Positions 50,720-60,114 of a stretch of 64,000 nt of DNA are shown here, piece by piece. A program made the position numbers and the translations under genes. A model generated the notes under the pieces. That model did not search any database, was not told the DNA's origin, and was given only the letters and a program-made list of their open reading frames with translations. Location of the stretch: assembly GCA_029775855.1 (NCBI GenBank), contig JARVJZ010000004.1, forward strand, positions 64,001-128,000, written 5' to 3'. Numbering within the stretch: position 1 is the stretch's first letter; each line of letters begins with the position of its first letter. The DNA comes from Nitrososphaeria archaeon. GTDB lineage: Archaea > Thermoproteota > Nitrososphaeria > Nitrososphaerales > JAAOZN01.

Positions 50720-51126
50720 TTCTCACCTTTTCTAACCGCTTCGGAAACCTTGCTTGCTACAAGTGTGGCTGCATAAGCAGCTGTTTGTCTTGCAACTTTT
50801 ATATCTTTAGAAGCGCTTGCCAGAAAGTTGTCATAAGCTTTGCAATCAGGAAGATTACCCTTAATAATGAAAGTTCTTTCCCCATCCCATTCGGCGTTTA
50901 CCCTAATGTTATCTCCTTCTTGCGTAATTGATTGACCTTGTTTTGGATTCCTCATTATAACTTCTAAGCCTCGTGCAAGTTCATATACGCCTTTGTTAAC
51001 AGCATCCACACTTATCGCGTTCGCCAACCTATCGAGAACAGTATAGCTCCTTGTAGCAAGAACTAGGGCTGCCAGAGCCCTAGCTACACCATAATTGATA
51101 TACCCTTCAGTCAATCCTATCAGCAA
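50716..51126 (-). CDS. csa5: Type I-A small subunit Csa5 (Cas11)
   Basis: YTVLDRLANA...YELAR; first gene of the operon, overlaps cas7. Confidence 0.75.
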   Translation of the reverse strand: MLIGLTEGYINYGVARALAALVLATRSYTVLDRLANAISVDAVNKGVYELARGLEVIMRNPKQGQSITQEGDNIRVNAEWDGERTFIIKGNLPDCKAYDNFLASASKDIKVARQTAAYAATLVASKVSEAVRKGEK

Positions 51127-51194
51127 TTACTCTACAGCATCTCCATATAAATGTTTCGTTTAGATGGAAAATTTTCTAAGAAGAAAAACTTAAG

Positions 51195-51226
51195 TATCAT
51201 TGTTCTATCTTGTTAGAACAATGATA
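51195..51226. promoter_or_regulatory. Perfect 13-bp inverted repeat over the csa3 start codon, candidate Csa3 operator
   Basis: TATCATTGTTCTA-TCTTGT-TAGAACAATGATA, just downstream of the AAAAACTTAAG BRE/TATA-like element. Confidence 0.7.
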
Positions 51227-51865
51227 ATCATCCTTACCTTAGGGTTTGACGAAAAATTTGCATTGAGAGCCGTGGCTAGAAGAGGCTTAACTCCTCAAGA
51301 CGAGGTGTTAGTGATCTTAGCAGAGCCTGTAGATGAGAGAGTTGAAAGAGCATATAGGCAACTCAAGGATCTTATAAAGAAGATCTACGACCAAGCTTGT
51401 GTAAACAGTGTTACAGTTGACGCTAAGAATTTTGACGCCGCATTGAATGTACTAGTTGAGGAGTTCTCCAAGCGGAGGAAATCAGAGTTTATAATTAATC
51501 TGAGCGGCGGTTTTAGAGCCCTAATACTAGAGGTTTTAGCAGCAGCTCTGCTAGCAGATGTTAAAGGCGAAGTAGAAAGTGAACTTGAAGACTTTACAAA
51601 AGTTATTACGTTTCCGCTTACGATCTTGAAACCTATTAATGTCGACAACACCGACTTAAGGATAATGAGTCTTTTAGGGGAAAGTGAACTCACTCTAAGC
51701 ACACTAACCACAAGAACAGGCCTTGGGAAAACCACTGTTTGGCGAAGGCTCAAAAGACTCGAAGAAGTAGGGTTGGCATCTCATCAGAGATTATATAAAC
51801 TTACAAGCTTGGGACTTCTCACCCTTAAAGTTAAAGGTATCCCTGATTATAAAAAAGAAAAATAA
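51221..51865 (+). CDS. csa3: Csa3 CARF-wHTH CRISPR transcriptional regulator
   Basis: TLGFDEKFALR, NLSGGFR CARF motifs; C-terminal GLGKTTVWRRLKRL...YKLTSLG; divergent from the cas operon. Confidence 0.9.
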   Translation: MIIILTLGFDEKFALRAVARRGLTPQDEVLVILAEPVDERVERAYRQLKDLIKKIYDQACVNSVTVDAKNFDAALNVLVEEFSKRRKSEFIINLSGGFRALILEVLAAALLADVKGEVESELEDFTKVITFPLTILKPINVDNTDLRIMSLLGESELTLSTLTTRTGLGKTTVWRRLKRLEEVGLASHQRLYKLTSLGLLTLKVKGIPDYKKEK

Positions 51866-51910
51866 AAGGCTTAAGAAGGTTTATTTAAAGAAAAAACGTT
51901 AACATCTGGT

Positions 51911-52318
51911 ATGCCTACGGAGAAGGAGGAGAGTCTGCTAAGAGAGGAGCGTGTAGCCAGACTAGCAACATTCTCTAAGAACGGTAAAATCCACTTGATT
52001 CCAGTCTGCTATGCATATGACGGCAAGCACATCTATGTAGGCACCAGCCTAGATTCTCAGAAGGTTAAGAACCTAAAGAGAAACAGCAGCGTATCCTTAA
52101 TCGTAGACAGATACTATGAAGACTGGTCGAAGCTGAAGGGTGTAATGATACAAGGCAGTGCTGAGGTGATAGAGGGGGGTGAAGAGTTCGAGTCAGCGAA
52201 GAAGATGCTATACCAGAAGTATCCGCAGTATGAAGAGCAAGTACCCATAAGAGAGGGTGAGTCAGCCATCATAAAGATAACGGTTGAGAAGATACTTTCT
52301 TGGGACTACGAAGGTTAA
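51911..52318 (+). CDS. Pyridoxamine 5'-phosphate oxidase-like (PPOX/FDOR) flavin- or F420-binding protein
   Basis: VARLAT...HLIPVCY, KVKNL, VDRYYEDWSKL, KYPQY, ILSW. Confidence 0.88.
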   Translation: MPTEKEESLLREERVARLATFSKNGKIHLIPVCYAYDGKHIYVGTSLDSQKVKNLKRNSSVSLIVDRYYEDWSKLKGVMIQGSAEVIEGGEEFESAKKMLYQKYPQYEEQVPIREGESAIIKITVEKILSWDYEG

Positions 52319-52382
52319 AAACTCGCTTAGCCAAGAAAGGATAACAGTCAGAGAAGATGCCAACATGCTTAGTGGAAAATAG

Positions 52383-53795
52383 GTGTATGGCTTAAATAAG
52401 AATATAGTCCATTTAAATAATATGTGTAGCATAAAGGTAGAAAGAGCTTCTTGGATAATAACACTTGACCAAAAACGGCGTATCATAAAGGACGGATCTA
52501 TCTACATCGAAGATGGAAGGATTGTAGCAGTCGAAAAAGCAGATAAACTAAAACTTGAAGGCGCTGACATAGTCATAGAAGGGTTAAACAAAGTCATCAC
52601 ACCCGGCTTCATAAATAATCATATGCACATCAGCTACGCTCACCCAGTTAGAGGCATCTTCCCAGATGACCTACCACTCATGACTTATCTGAACTACGTG
52701 TTCAAGCTGCAGTCCGCAATGAAGCCCCACGAAGAATATTACGCCACACTCTTGGCGGTGACTGAACTCCTGAAAAGCGGCTGCACCTGTTTCGCAGACC
52801 CAGGGAGCATAGGCAGCCTCGAATCTGGAGTTAAAGCCATTCTAGACGCTGGGATAAGGGCAGTAGTCGGTAGAGACGTGGTAGATAAGCCTAACCCGCT
52901 ACATCTTCCTGTTAGAGAAACTGAGGAGGCGGTTAAGATGTTGGAGGAGACGCTAAGAGCGTATTCCGATTTATCAAACGGTAGAGTAAAGGCGTGGGTT
53001 ACTGTCTTCTCACCAGACTACGCAAGCGACGAGCTGCTAATCAAAGCGAAGGAGCTTGCTGATAGATACCGTACCGTGCTCACGCTACACACATCTTTTA
53101 GCGAAGAGGGTGTTAAGAACTTTGAGGCAAATAGGGGTAGAAGACCAATAGAACACCTAGCACACTTAGGAGTCTTAGGTGAAAACGTGCTTCTCTCACA
53201 CGCGTTAGTGGTAAATGAGAGAGAGATCGGCTTACTGGCTAAAAGCGGAGCCAAAGTTGTGCATTGCCCTTCTGCGGCGGTCAGAGGATTTGGAGCAACC
53301 AAGTTCGGTAGGTTTCCAGAGATGTTAGATAAAGGTATACACGTAAGTCTGGGGAGCGATGCTGCAAACTCATCTTACTATCTAGACATGGTTAGGCTGA
53401 TGTATCTAGCCATGGTTCTCTACAAGGATGCGAAGTTGAATAAAGCTGTTATGCCACCTGAGGTAGCGCTAGAAATGGGAACTATTAACGGGGCTTGGGG
53501 GCTTGGGTTAAATGAAGAAGTAGGCTCAATAGAAGTCGGTAAGAAGGCTGATCTAGTAGTATTTGACACGAAGAGGGCTGAATGGAGGTCAATATTCTAT
53601 CCTGTAAACAACCTAATATATTCTGCTGACGGTAGAAGTGTTGATACAGTTATAGTTGATGGCAGAATAGTTGTTCAATCAGGCACACCCCGATACGTTA
53701 ACGAACAAGATTTGTGTGGAAGGGTGCAAGAGATCGGCGAAGACATCCTTAAGCGAACAAATGTATCATTCAACTACAGATGGCAAGTTGAGTAG
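52383..53795 (+). CDS. Metal-dependent amidohydrolase (MtaD/Atz/Trz-like deaminase)
   Basis: PGFINNHMH, LHTS..E, HCPS, GSD, GSIEVGKKADL; true start probably ATG 52422. Confidence 0.9.
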   Translation: MYGLNKNIVHLNNMCSIKVERASWIITLDQKRRIIKDGSIYIEDGRIVAVEKADKLKLEGADIVIEGLNKVITPGFINNHMHISYAHPVRGIFPDDLPLMTYLNYVFKLQSAMKPHEEYYATLLAVTELLKSGCTCFADPGSIGSLESGVKAILDAGIRAVVGRDVVDKPNPLHLPVRETEEAVKMLEETLRAYSDLSNGRVKAWVTVFSPDYASDELLIKAKELADRYRTVLTLHTSFSEEGVKNFEANRGRRPIEHLAHLGVLGENVLLSHALVVNEREIGLLAKSGAKVVHCPSAAVRGFGATKFGRFPEMLDKGIHVSLGSDAANSSYYLDMVRLMYLAMVLYKDAKLNKAVMPPEVALEMGTINGAWGLGLNEEVGSIEVGKKADLVVFDTKRAEWRSIFYPVNNLIYSADGRSVDTVIVDGRIVVQSGTPRYVNEQDLCGRVQEIGEDILKRTNVSFNYRWQVE

Positions 53796-53803
53796 AGATA
53801 CAG

Positions 53804-54718
53804 TCACTTAAGCAACAGTTTAATCTTATCTTGAAGAGCTCCGTAAACCCCTTTCCTGAATCTTAATACAACGGTAAGAGTTACGATGCCTAGAATAAGA
53901 GTTCTATATGGACCCAAGGCTCTCAAATATTCGTTAAAGAATGTTACAGTATAAGCCCCAATAAGCGGTCCCGGTAAAGTGCCCCATCCGCCGAGCAATA
54001 TCATTACCAAGGCTTGGAAGGTAAGGTCAAATGAGAGTACACCAGGCCCTACTACACCAAGGTAATGGGCATAGAGCGAACCCGCTAATCCGGTTAAGGT
54101 TGAGGATATCGTGAAAGCCAATATCTTGTATTTAACCACATTAACACCCATAGCCTCAGCGAGGTCTTCATCTTCCCTAATAAGTTTGAAGCCATACCCC
54201 AGCCTACTGCGCAGTATCAAGGTAAGTATAATTGTGGTTAGAAGTGCATAACTTACGAAGATGAAGTAGTTGAGGGAAGGCTCAGCAGAAACTTTAGGTA
54301 CGCCGGTTAAACCGTCTTCACCACCCGTAAATTCAGAGAAAGAGTATACTAGGTTGACTAAAACAAGGTTGCTAAGCGCGGTCACAAGCAGCAGAAACGG
54401 GCCTTTAGCCCTAAGCGTCAAGAATCCTAAGAGAAGCCCAGCTGCTGAAGAGATAAAGGTGGAGACTGGTATAGTTAAGGCTAAAGGTAAACCTATCATA
54501 GCGCTTAGATAGGCCGACACATACCCACCAGTTCCAAAGAAGATTGCGTGGCCTAGGTTTACTTGTCCGACATAGGCTGCAGTGAAGTTAAGTGTCGCAG
54601 CGTAAATGGCATAAGCTGAGCCGAAGATCATAATTGTTAGCAGATATCTATCTCCAGTAATCCCTATAACGTAAAGCAGTAAGACAGCACATAACACCGC
54701 TAAAACAGTTTTGTTCAA
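53804..54718 (-). CDS. livM: LIV-type ABC transporter permease
   Basis: GQVNLGHA, TGGEDG, IREDE, LLGGWGT. Confidence 0.9.
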   Translation of the reverse strand: MNKTVLAVLCAVLLLYVIGITGDRYLLTIMIFGSAYAIYAATLNFTAAYVGQVNLGHAIFFGTGGYVSAYLSAMIGLPLALTIPVSTFISSAAGLLLGFLTLRAKGPFLLLVTALSNLVLVNLVYSFSEFTGGEDGLTGVPKVSAEPSLNYFIFVSYALLTTIILTLILRSRLGYGFKLIREDEDLAEAMGVNVVKYKILAFTISSTLTGLAGSLYAHYLGVVGPGVLSFDLTFQALVMILLGGWGTLPGPLIGAYTVTFFNEYLRALGPYRTLILGIVTLTVVLRFRKGVYGALQDKIKLLLK

Positions 54719-54720
54719 AT

Positions 54721-55593
54721 CTACTTCCTCCCTAAGATCCCATAAGGTCTGATCTGGATAGCTAAGATAGCGATGATCAACGGAATTATTCCTCTAAGCT
54801 GGCTTCCGAAAATGTAAATCGCTGCTGTTTCAGAATATCCTAGCAGCAGTCCAGCCAATATGGCTCCAGGTATACTTCCGAGACCTCCCAGTATCGTGAC
54901 TGTAAATATGGGCACAATCGGGTCTAGGATCGTTGTAGGCGTCACAACCTCAAGAGACACAAAGAGTACACCAGCCAGCGAAGCTAATGTAGATGAAATC
55001 ATCAGAGTTAGTAGATAGTACTTCTGAACACTTAAACCCAGCAACCTTAAAGCTAAAGAGTCTTGTGAAGCTGCTCTAATCGCTTTACCCGCTCTAGTCT
55101 TTCTAAGGAATATGTGAAGCAGCAGTAGTGCTAAGACTGATGTAGGAACGAGGATGAAGCGTTGAAGAACCATATTTACTCCAAATATTGATATATTACC
55201 CTCTACTATCGTAGGCACACCACGGGGCTGCGGAGAGAAGAGAAGCATAAAGACCTGTGTCATAGCTATCACGAGTAGGAATGTGGCTGTGATGGTGAGT
55301 TCGTGGTTTTCCATTATCGGCCTAATGAGAACGGTGAAGAGAGCAAGATCAACTAACACAGCGATAATTATTGCAAGCGGCAAAGCCAAAACTGCGCTCA
55401 ACCCTACAACCCTAACTAGATAATAAAACAAGTAGGCTGAGAGTGCGTATGAAAGACCGTATGCTACATTCACTATCTTAGTAACACCGTAGAGTAATGT
55501 GAAGCCAGAAGCTATAAGTATCCAAGTTGCACTTATCGACGCGCCGAAAAGCAGATACTCAGCCAACAAAGTTGACATATTAAACTCACCCAA
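54721..55593 (-). CDS. livH: LIV-type ABC transporter permease
   Basis: ASGFTLLYG, GKAIRAASQD, LGGLGSIPG, RPYGILG. Confidence 0.9.
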   Translation of the reverse strand: MGEFNMSTLLAEYLLFGASISATWILIASGFTLLYGVTKIVNVAYGLSYALSAYLFYYLVRVVGLSAVLALPLAIIIAVLVDLALFTVLIRPIMENHELTITATFLLVIAMTQVFMLLFSPQPRGVPTIVEGNISIFGVNMVLQRFILVPTSVLALLLLHIFLRKTRAGKAIRAASQDSLALRLLGLSVQKYYLLTLMISSTLASLAGVLFVSLEVVTPTTILDPIVPIFTVTILGGLGSIPGAILAGLLLGYSETAAIYIFGSQLRGIIPLIIAILAIQIRPYGILGRK

Positions 55594-56302
55594 AATACTG
55601 GCTTATCAAGCTCTTTGAGAGCAGTATCTCACGTGATAAACCACTTAACGTAATTTCACCCCTAGTTATTAGGTAAGATCTATGGGAATGCTCTAATGCA
55701 GCATATGCATTCTGTTCAGTAAAAAGTATGGATACCCCGCTTTCGCTTAACGCCTCCATCGTTTTAAGTAGAGAAGAGACAAGTTTAGGGGAAAGACCGG
55801 TTGAAGGCTCATCTACAAGAAGAAACTTTGGCCTAGCCATTATACCCCTAGCTATAGCCAGCATCTGTTGTTCACCTCCGCTGAGTGCTTTCGCTAACTG
55901 CTTTCTCTTCTCTTTGAGCGCTGGGAAAAGATTGTAGACTACGTCAAGAGAATCTCTATATCTTCTCCTAGCTTCCTCTAAGTATGCACCTAACTCCAAA
56001 TTCTCTTCGCAGCTCATATTAGGGAATAGTCTACGATCATCTGGAACCAAAACCACTCCTAGTTGCGCGACTCTTTCAGGCTCTTTACGCGTGATATCTA
56101 TACTGTCGATAGATACCGTTCCCTCGAATATGTCTGCTATCCCTACGATACCCTTAAGTATGGTCGTTTTACCAGCCCCATTAGGGCCGACTAAACTCAC
56201 TATCTCCTGCCTTCCAACCTCTAAGGAAATGTTCTTAACAACTTTGAAGGGTTTGTAACCCGCTGTGAGGTTACTTAGCCTCAGCATATTTGACTTCGCC
56301 AA
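55586..56302 (-). CDS. livF: LIV-type ABC transporter ATPase
   Basis: GPNGAGKTT, LSGGEQQMLA, DEPS, EQNA. Confidence 0.92.
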   Translation of the reverse strand: MAKSNMLRLSNLTAGYKPFKVVKNISLEVGRQEIVSLVGPNGAGKTTILKGIVGIADIFEGTVSIDSIDITRKEPERVAQLGVVLVPDDRRLFPNMSCEENLELGAYLEEARRRYRDSLDVVYNLFPALKEKRKQLAKALSGGEQQMLAIARGIMARPKFLLVDEPSTGLSPKLVSSLLKTMEALSESGVSILFTEQNAYAALEHSHRSYLITRGEITLSGLSREILLSKSLISQYFG

Positions 56303-57008
56303 TGTAAGATTCTATCACGTACCTATTACTTAGAACATCATTTGGGCTTCCGTCTGCTATAATCGCGCCCTTATTTAAGACGACAACGCGTGGGCAAAGA
56401 TTTATGATAGTTGGAAGGACGTGGTCTACTACAATTAGTGTCCTTTGTTTTGTGTGGAAGCTCCTTATTAGATTCAACATGTTTTCACGTTCATCATCAG
56501 ATAGACCAGCTGTAACCTCATCGAATAACGCTACTTTGGCGTCTGAGACAAGTATCCTAGCTAATTCGAGCTTCTTTAAACCGGCTGCAGGTAGCAAAGT
56601 TGGGTACTGATCAAGACGATCACCTAACCCGATCCGCTCAAGAACCTTTATGCATTTAGCTTTTGCTTTATTTAAATCTATGTTGGAGTCTTCGAATAGA
56701 AGTGAAACTAATACGTTTTCTAACACTGTGAGGTTTTTAGCAGGTTTAGGTATTTGGAAAGTTCTTGCGACGCCTAATCTGCGTATCATATGAGGCTTCA
56801 GCCTAAGGATATCAACCCCATCTAGTATCACTTTTCCAGCATCAGGCTTTAGGAAGCCTGAGACTATGTTTAGAAGGGTGGTTTTGCCTGCCCCGTTAGG
56901 TCCTATTATGCCTAAAATGTCCCCTTCGTTCAAGCTGAAGGAGACGTTATCAAGTACTTTGTTGCTACCGAAGCTTTTGTTCACACCTTCTACTGTGAGA
57001 TGTGGCAG
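56271..57008 (-). CDS. livG: LIV-type ABC transporter ATPase (probable CTG start)
   Basis: GPNGAGKTT, RTFQIP, KKLELAR, FDE; in-frame PHLTVEGV upstream of the ORF-track GTG, behind a GAGGTG RBS. Confidence 0.88.
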   Translation of the reverse strand: MPHLTVEGVNKSFGSNKVLDNVSFSLNEGDILGIIGPNGAGKTTLLNIVSGFLKPDAGKVILDGVDILRLKPHMIRRLGVARTFQIPKPAKNLTVLENVLVSLLFEDSNIDLNKAKAKCIKVLERIGLGDRLDQYPTLLPAAGLKKLELARILVSDAKVALFDEVTAGLSDDERENMLNLIRSFHTKQRTLIVVDHVLPTIINLCPRVVVLNKGAIIADGSPNDVLSNRYVIESYIGEVKYAEAK

Positions 57009-57042
57009 TGTTGATGCACCTCGTTTCGGTAGGTTTAGTTGT

Positions 57043-58320
57043 TTATAGTTTTATCCAGCTTGGTAAAATCAGTTCTGCGGTCTTGAAGCGGTCTGGTGAT
57101 ACTGTCTCTAACCTATCTTTGTATCCGTATGCGGCGAGCTGCCACTGGTTTACGAAGGGGTAGAAGTTGGGGGGTTCCCTTACGACGTCGTGCCGTTGGT
57201 TATATCTGTATGTGCCTAACGCGCCTTCAACTTGTATTCCTTCTAAAGCTTTAACTATATCTTCGGCCTTTGTTGAACCCGCTTTCTCTATCGCAGCTGC
57301 AAGCACCATAAATGTATCGTATCCTTCAAATGAGCCTCGTGGTAGCCTACCGCCAGCTTTACTCAATATAGCATCTCTAACTTCTGGTGTCTTTCTTGTC
57401 ATATTGCTGTTGTAGTTGTAGTCTCCAACGAGGATCTCTGAGTGGCAAGCCCCTTCTGTCCACTTTGGGTAATCTGTGTCGCTACCAACCCAGTCTCCAA
57501 AACCTATTATGTAAGGCGGTTTGAGAGTTGACCACTGCTTGAGTATAGTAACGTTTTCAGCGACTATGTGATTGTTGAACATGAGCATCTGGGTAGCTGC
57601 TGAAGCAGCCTTAGAGAGTTCTACGGAGAAGTCTTTGGTCCCGATTGGGAAGATGCTTTCATAAACTATTTTGAAAGGTTCTTTGAGTTCGGAATTTATC
57701 CTTTTTATCCCCTCGGTGATCTGTTTCGCGTAAAGCTGGTCGCTAGTTAATATGGAAACATTATTCCAACTGGTCTTCTCTCTAATGAACTTGAGAGCCT
57801 CTACAACTAACTCAGAGTAGTGTGGTGTTGTTCCGATTCCTGTATGGAAGTAGTATTTGTATCTGTTGTAGTTCTTTTCAACATTATCTACAAGTGAATA
57901 GCTCGAAACGTAGGTGGAGAGGAAAGGAAGCTTGTTATCAGCCACTACTTCTTGAACCGGCAGCACAACTATTGTGCTTAAACCTCCGACCGCTGCTACT
58001 ACGCCTTCGTTTACAAGCCTCGTCATCGCGTTGACCCCTTCGGTTGCTTGATTCTTATCGTCTCCGTAGATTAGTTCTATAGGCCTGCCGAGTATGCCTC
58101 CCTTCTTCTCTAACTCTTCTTTTGCAACTTCAACGCCTATCTTAAGGGCTTCCCCTAATACAGCAATTGGTCCTGAGAAGTCTGCAAGCACACCTATTTT
58201 AACCGCCTCTTTCTTCTGTGTGGTGCCTAGATAAATGTAGGCAGCGTAGCCTGCTGCTGCAGCGGCAGCAATGCCAGCTGTGGCATAAATGAATCTTCTT
58301 CTACTCACTTTGCTGCTCAT
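57043..58320 (-). CDS. LIV-type substrate-binding protein with Tat signal
   Basis: SRRRFI twin-arginine motif; KIGVL, GGILGRPIEL, GYD, IEKAGST. Confidence 0.9.
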   Translation of the reverse strand: MSSKVSRRRFIYATAGIAAAAAAGYAAYIYLGTTQKKEAVKIGVLADFSGPIAVLGEALKIGVEVAKEELEKKGGILGRPIELIYGDDKNQATEGVNAMTRLVNEGVVAAVGGLSTIVVLPVQEVVADNKLPFLSTYVSSYSLVDNVEKNYNRYKYYFHTGIGTTPHYSELVVEALKFIREKTSWNNVSILTSDQLYAKQITEGIKRINSELKEPFKIVYESIFPIGTKDFSVELSKAASAATQMLMFNNHIVAENVTILKQWSTLKPPYIIGFGDWVGSDTDYPKWTEGACHSEILVGDYNYNSNMTRKTPEVRDAILSKAGGRLPRGSFEGYDTFMVLAAAIEKAGSTKAEDIVKALEGIQVEGALGTYRYNQRHDVVREPPNFYPFVNQWQLAAYGYKDRLETVSPDRFKTAELILPSWIKL

Positions 58321-58341
58321 ATCGCTTATCCTCCTTTCTTA

Positions 58342-59334
58342 CTAGAAGCTGGGCAGTATCTCTTTAGCAACCTTTTCAACCATCTCCTTTTGCTTAGTAG
58401 TAGTCATTCTAAGTGTGATGACTTTTGCACCAGCATTTACGTACTCTTCTAGCCTCTTGATGCATTTTTCGCGGTTGCCTAGGGCTACCCAAGAGTTTAT
58501 TACTTGTGGGCCGAAGTTTGTCATGTAGTATCGGTCAAGGAAGTCTTTTGACTCTTTGAATGCCTTCTCCTCATCCTCTTCTAGATTTATGTTGTAGTAG
58601 AGTGACTTTTCTAACGTATTTGGGTCTTTACCTATCTTTAGAGCTTCCTCTTTTATTACTCCTAACCCGTGCTTGAATTGTTCTGGTGTTACGAGTGTGG
58701 TCATCCAGCCATCAGCTATTCGTGCTACTCTGTTGAGTCCTCTTCTGATCTGTGCATCTGGTGGGTTAAATGGGTATGGGTTGCTTACAAGCCATATCGG
58801 CGGCCTAGGCTTCTGATATGGCTTTGGCTCTAGGGTTGCATCCTTTAGCTTGTAGAATTTGCCATCGTAGTTTACTTTGTCTTTAGTCCATAGTGCCTTT
58901 ATGATTTCAATGTTCTCTTCAAGTATCTTAGCCCTCTTACCGTAATCAATACCTAAATTATTAAACTCGGTCTGGAAGTCGCCGCCAGCTTCCCTACTAC
59001 CACCACCCATGCACGCTACAAGAATCGTGCGCCCCTTAGAAATCTGGTCTAGTGTAGCCCAGGTGTAAGCTGTGAGAACTGGGTGCCTAAGGGGGAAGCT
59101 AGCCATGCAAGCAACACCTAACTTAACCACTTTCGTTCTCGACGCAACGGCTGCAAGCACTGTTGTAGATTCAAAGCGTGGCTTAGCCATTATGCTGTCA
59201 CCAACCCATACTGAGTCGAAGCCACCTTCCTCACCTATCTCCGCTAGGGTTATTAGAAGGTCTGGCGTTATTTTATCTGGGTATATTAGTGGACCTCTAT
59301 TTGGTAGTGTTAAGCCGAACTTTACTTTACTCAA
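58342..59334 (-). CDS. LLM-class flavin- or F420-dependent oxidoreductase
   Basis: GFDSVWVGDS, LRHP, LDQISKGR, PKPYQKPRPPIW, ADGW. Confidence 0.9.
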   Translation of the reverse strand: MSKVKFGLTLPNRGPLIYPDKITPDLLITLAEIGEEGGFDSVWVGDSIMAKPRFESTTVLAAVASRTKVVKLGVACMASFPLRHPVLTAYTWATLDQISKGRTILVACMGGGSREAGGDFQTEFNNLGIDYGKRAKILEENIEIIKALWTKDKVNYDGKFYKLKDATLEPKPYQKPRPPIWLVSNPYPFNPPDAQIRRGLNRVARIADGWMTTLVTPEQFKHGLGVIKEEALKIGKDPNTLEKSLYYNINLEEDEEKAFKESKDFLDRYYMTNFGPQVINSWVALGNREKCIKRLEEYVNAGAKVITLRMTTTKQKEMVEKVAKEILPSF

Positions 59335-59444
59335 GTTAATAGCACTTATAATAACGCCGTTATATAAAGTTTATGCATCAAATATTAAGCTACACTAAAA
59401 CCAATCAACACTATCGCAACGTCGGTTTAAGCGACACAGAGCAG

Positions 59445-59602
59445 CTAAACTTTATCTTAAACCAAATCGAAGGGGAGAATAGCCGGGATCGCCTAGCCTG
59501 GTAGGGCGCAGGCCTGCTAAGTCTGTGACCCGTATGGGTCTCGTGGGTTCAAATCCCACTCCCGGCGCCACCTCATATGATTTGGTTTAAGAAGCTGTTT
59601 AG
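59445..59602. repeat. 24-bp inverted repeat (20/24 identical, 14-bp perfect core) flanking tRNA-Ser
   Basis: CTAAAC-TTTA-TCTTAAACCAAATC at 59445-59468 and GATTTGGTTTAAGA-AGCT-GTTTAG at 59579-59602. Confidence 0.8.
59482..59570 (+). tRNA. tRNA-Ser(GCT) with encoded CCA
   Basis: GCCGGGA/TCCCGGC acceptor stem, CAGGC-CTGCTAA-GTCTG anticodon arm, long variable arm GACCC/GGGTC, TTCAAAT T-loop. Confidence 0.97.
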
Positions 59603-60114
59603 TTTAGAAGATTTGATGTTTTGACCTCCGACTTTTCGGTTAACTATAGATCTTGACTGGTATCTGATTGGTGTCTGCTCTATTAGCATGAAGTTCAAGA
59701 TCTAGAAGGATAGCGCTGCAGGGTATGCTTAGTGCTTGGTGGGCTGGCTCTTATGGGGCTAGGTAGTGTTATGGTGCCTCCTTGCAACATTGAAGGCGAT
59801 CAAATTACTTATCTACTGCTCATCTGTGGTGACAGATGTTCCTGCAACTGCTTCACGCTTTGTCTACGGGACGGTATCGACTTCTAAGATTGGAGGCGGT
59901 GAATGAAGGCTTGTTCTTAGTAAAAGGTGACCCTATAGCTGCGCCATCAAATACTTCCTTTACCTTGAATCTCCTGAGTATGTGTTAACTGCTAGAAATG
60001 CGAATTCATCTCATTGACGATAATATCAAAGACCTCAAAGCCATTCATTTGATAAAGCTTAATGTCCTATCTATAGAGTTTATTTAACCCTTCGATCTAA
60101 TCTTTTCTAGCAGC

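Noticed and set aside
59540-59570. tRNA-Ser 3' end as the att site of an integrated element
   Set aside because: No direct repeat of the tRNA end and no integrase seen in the window
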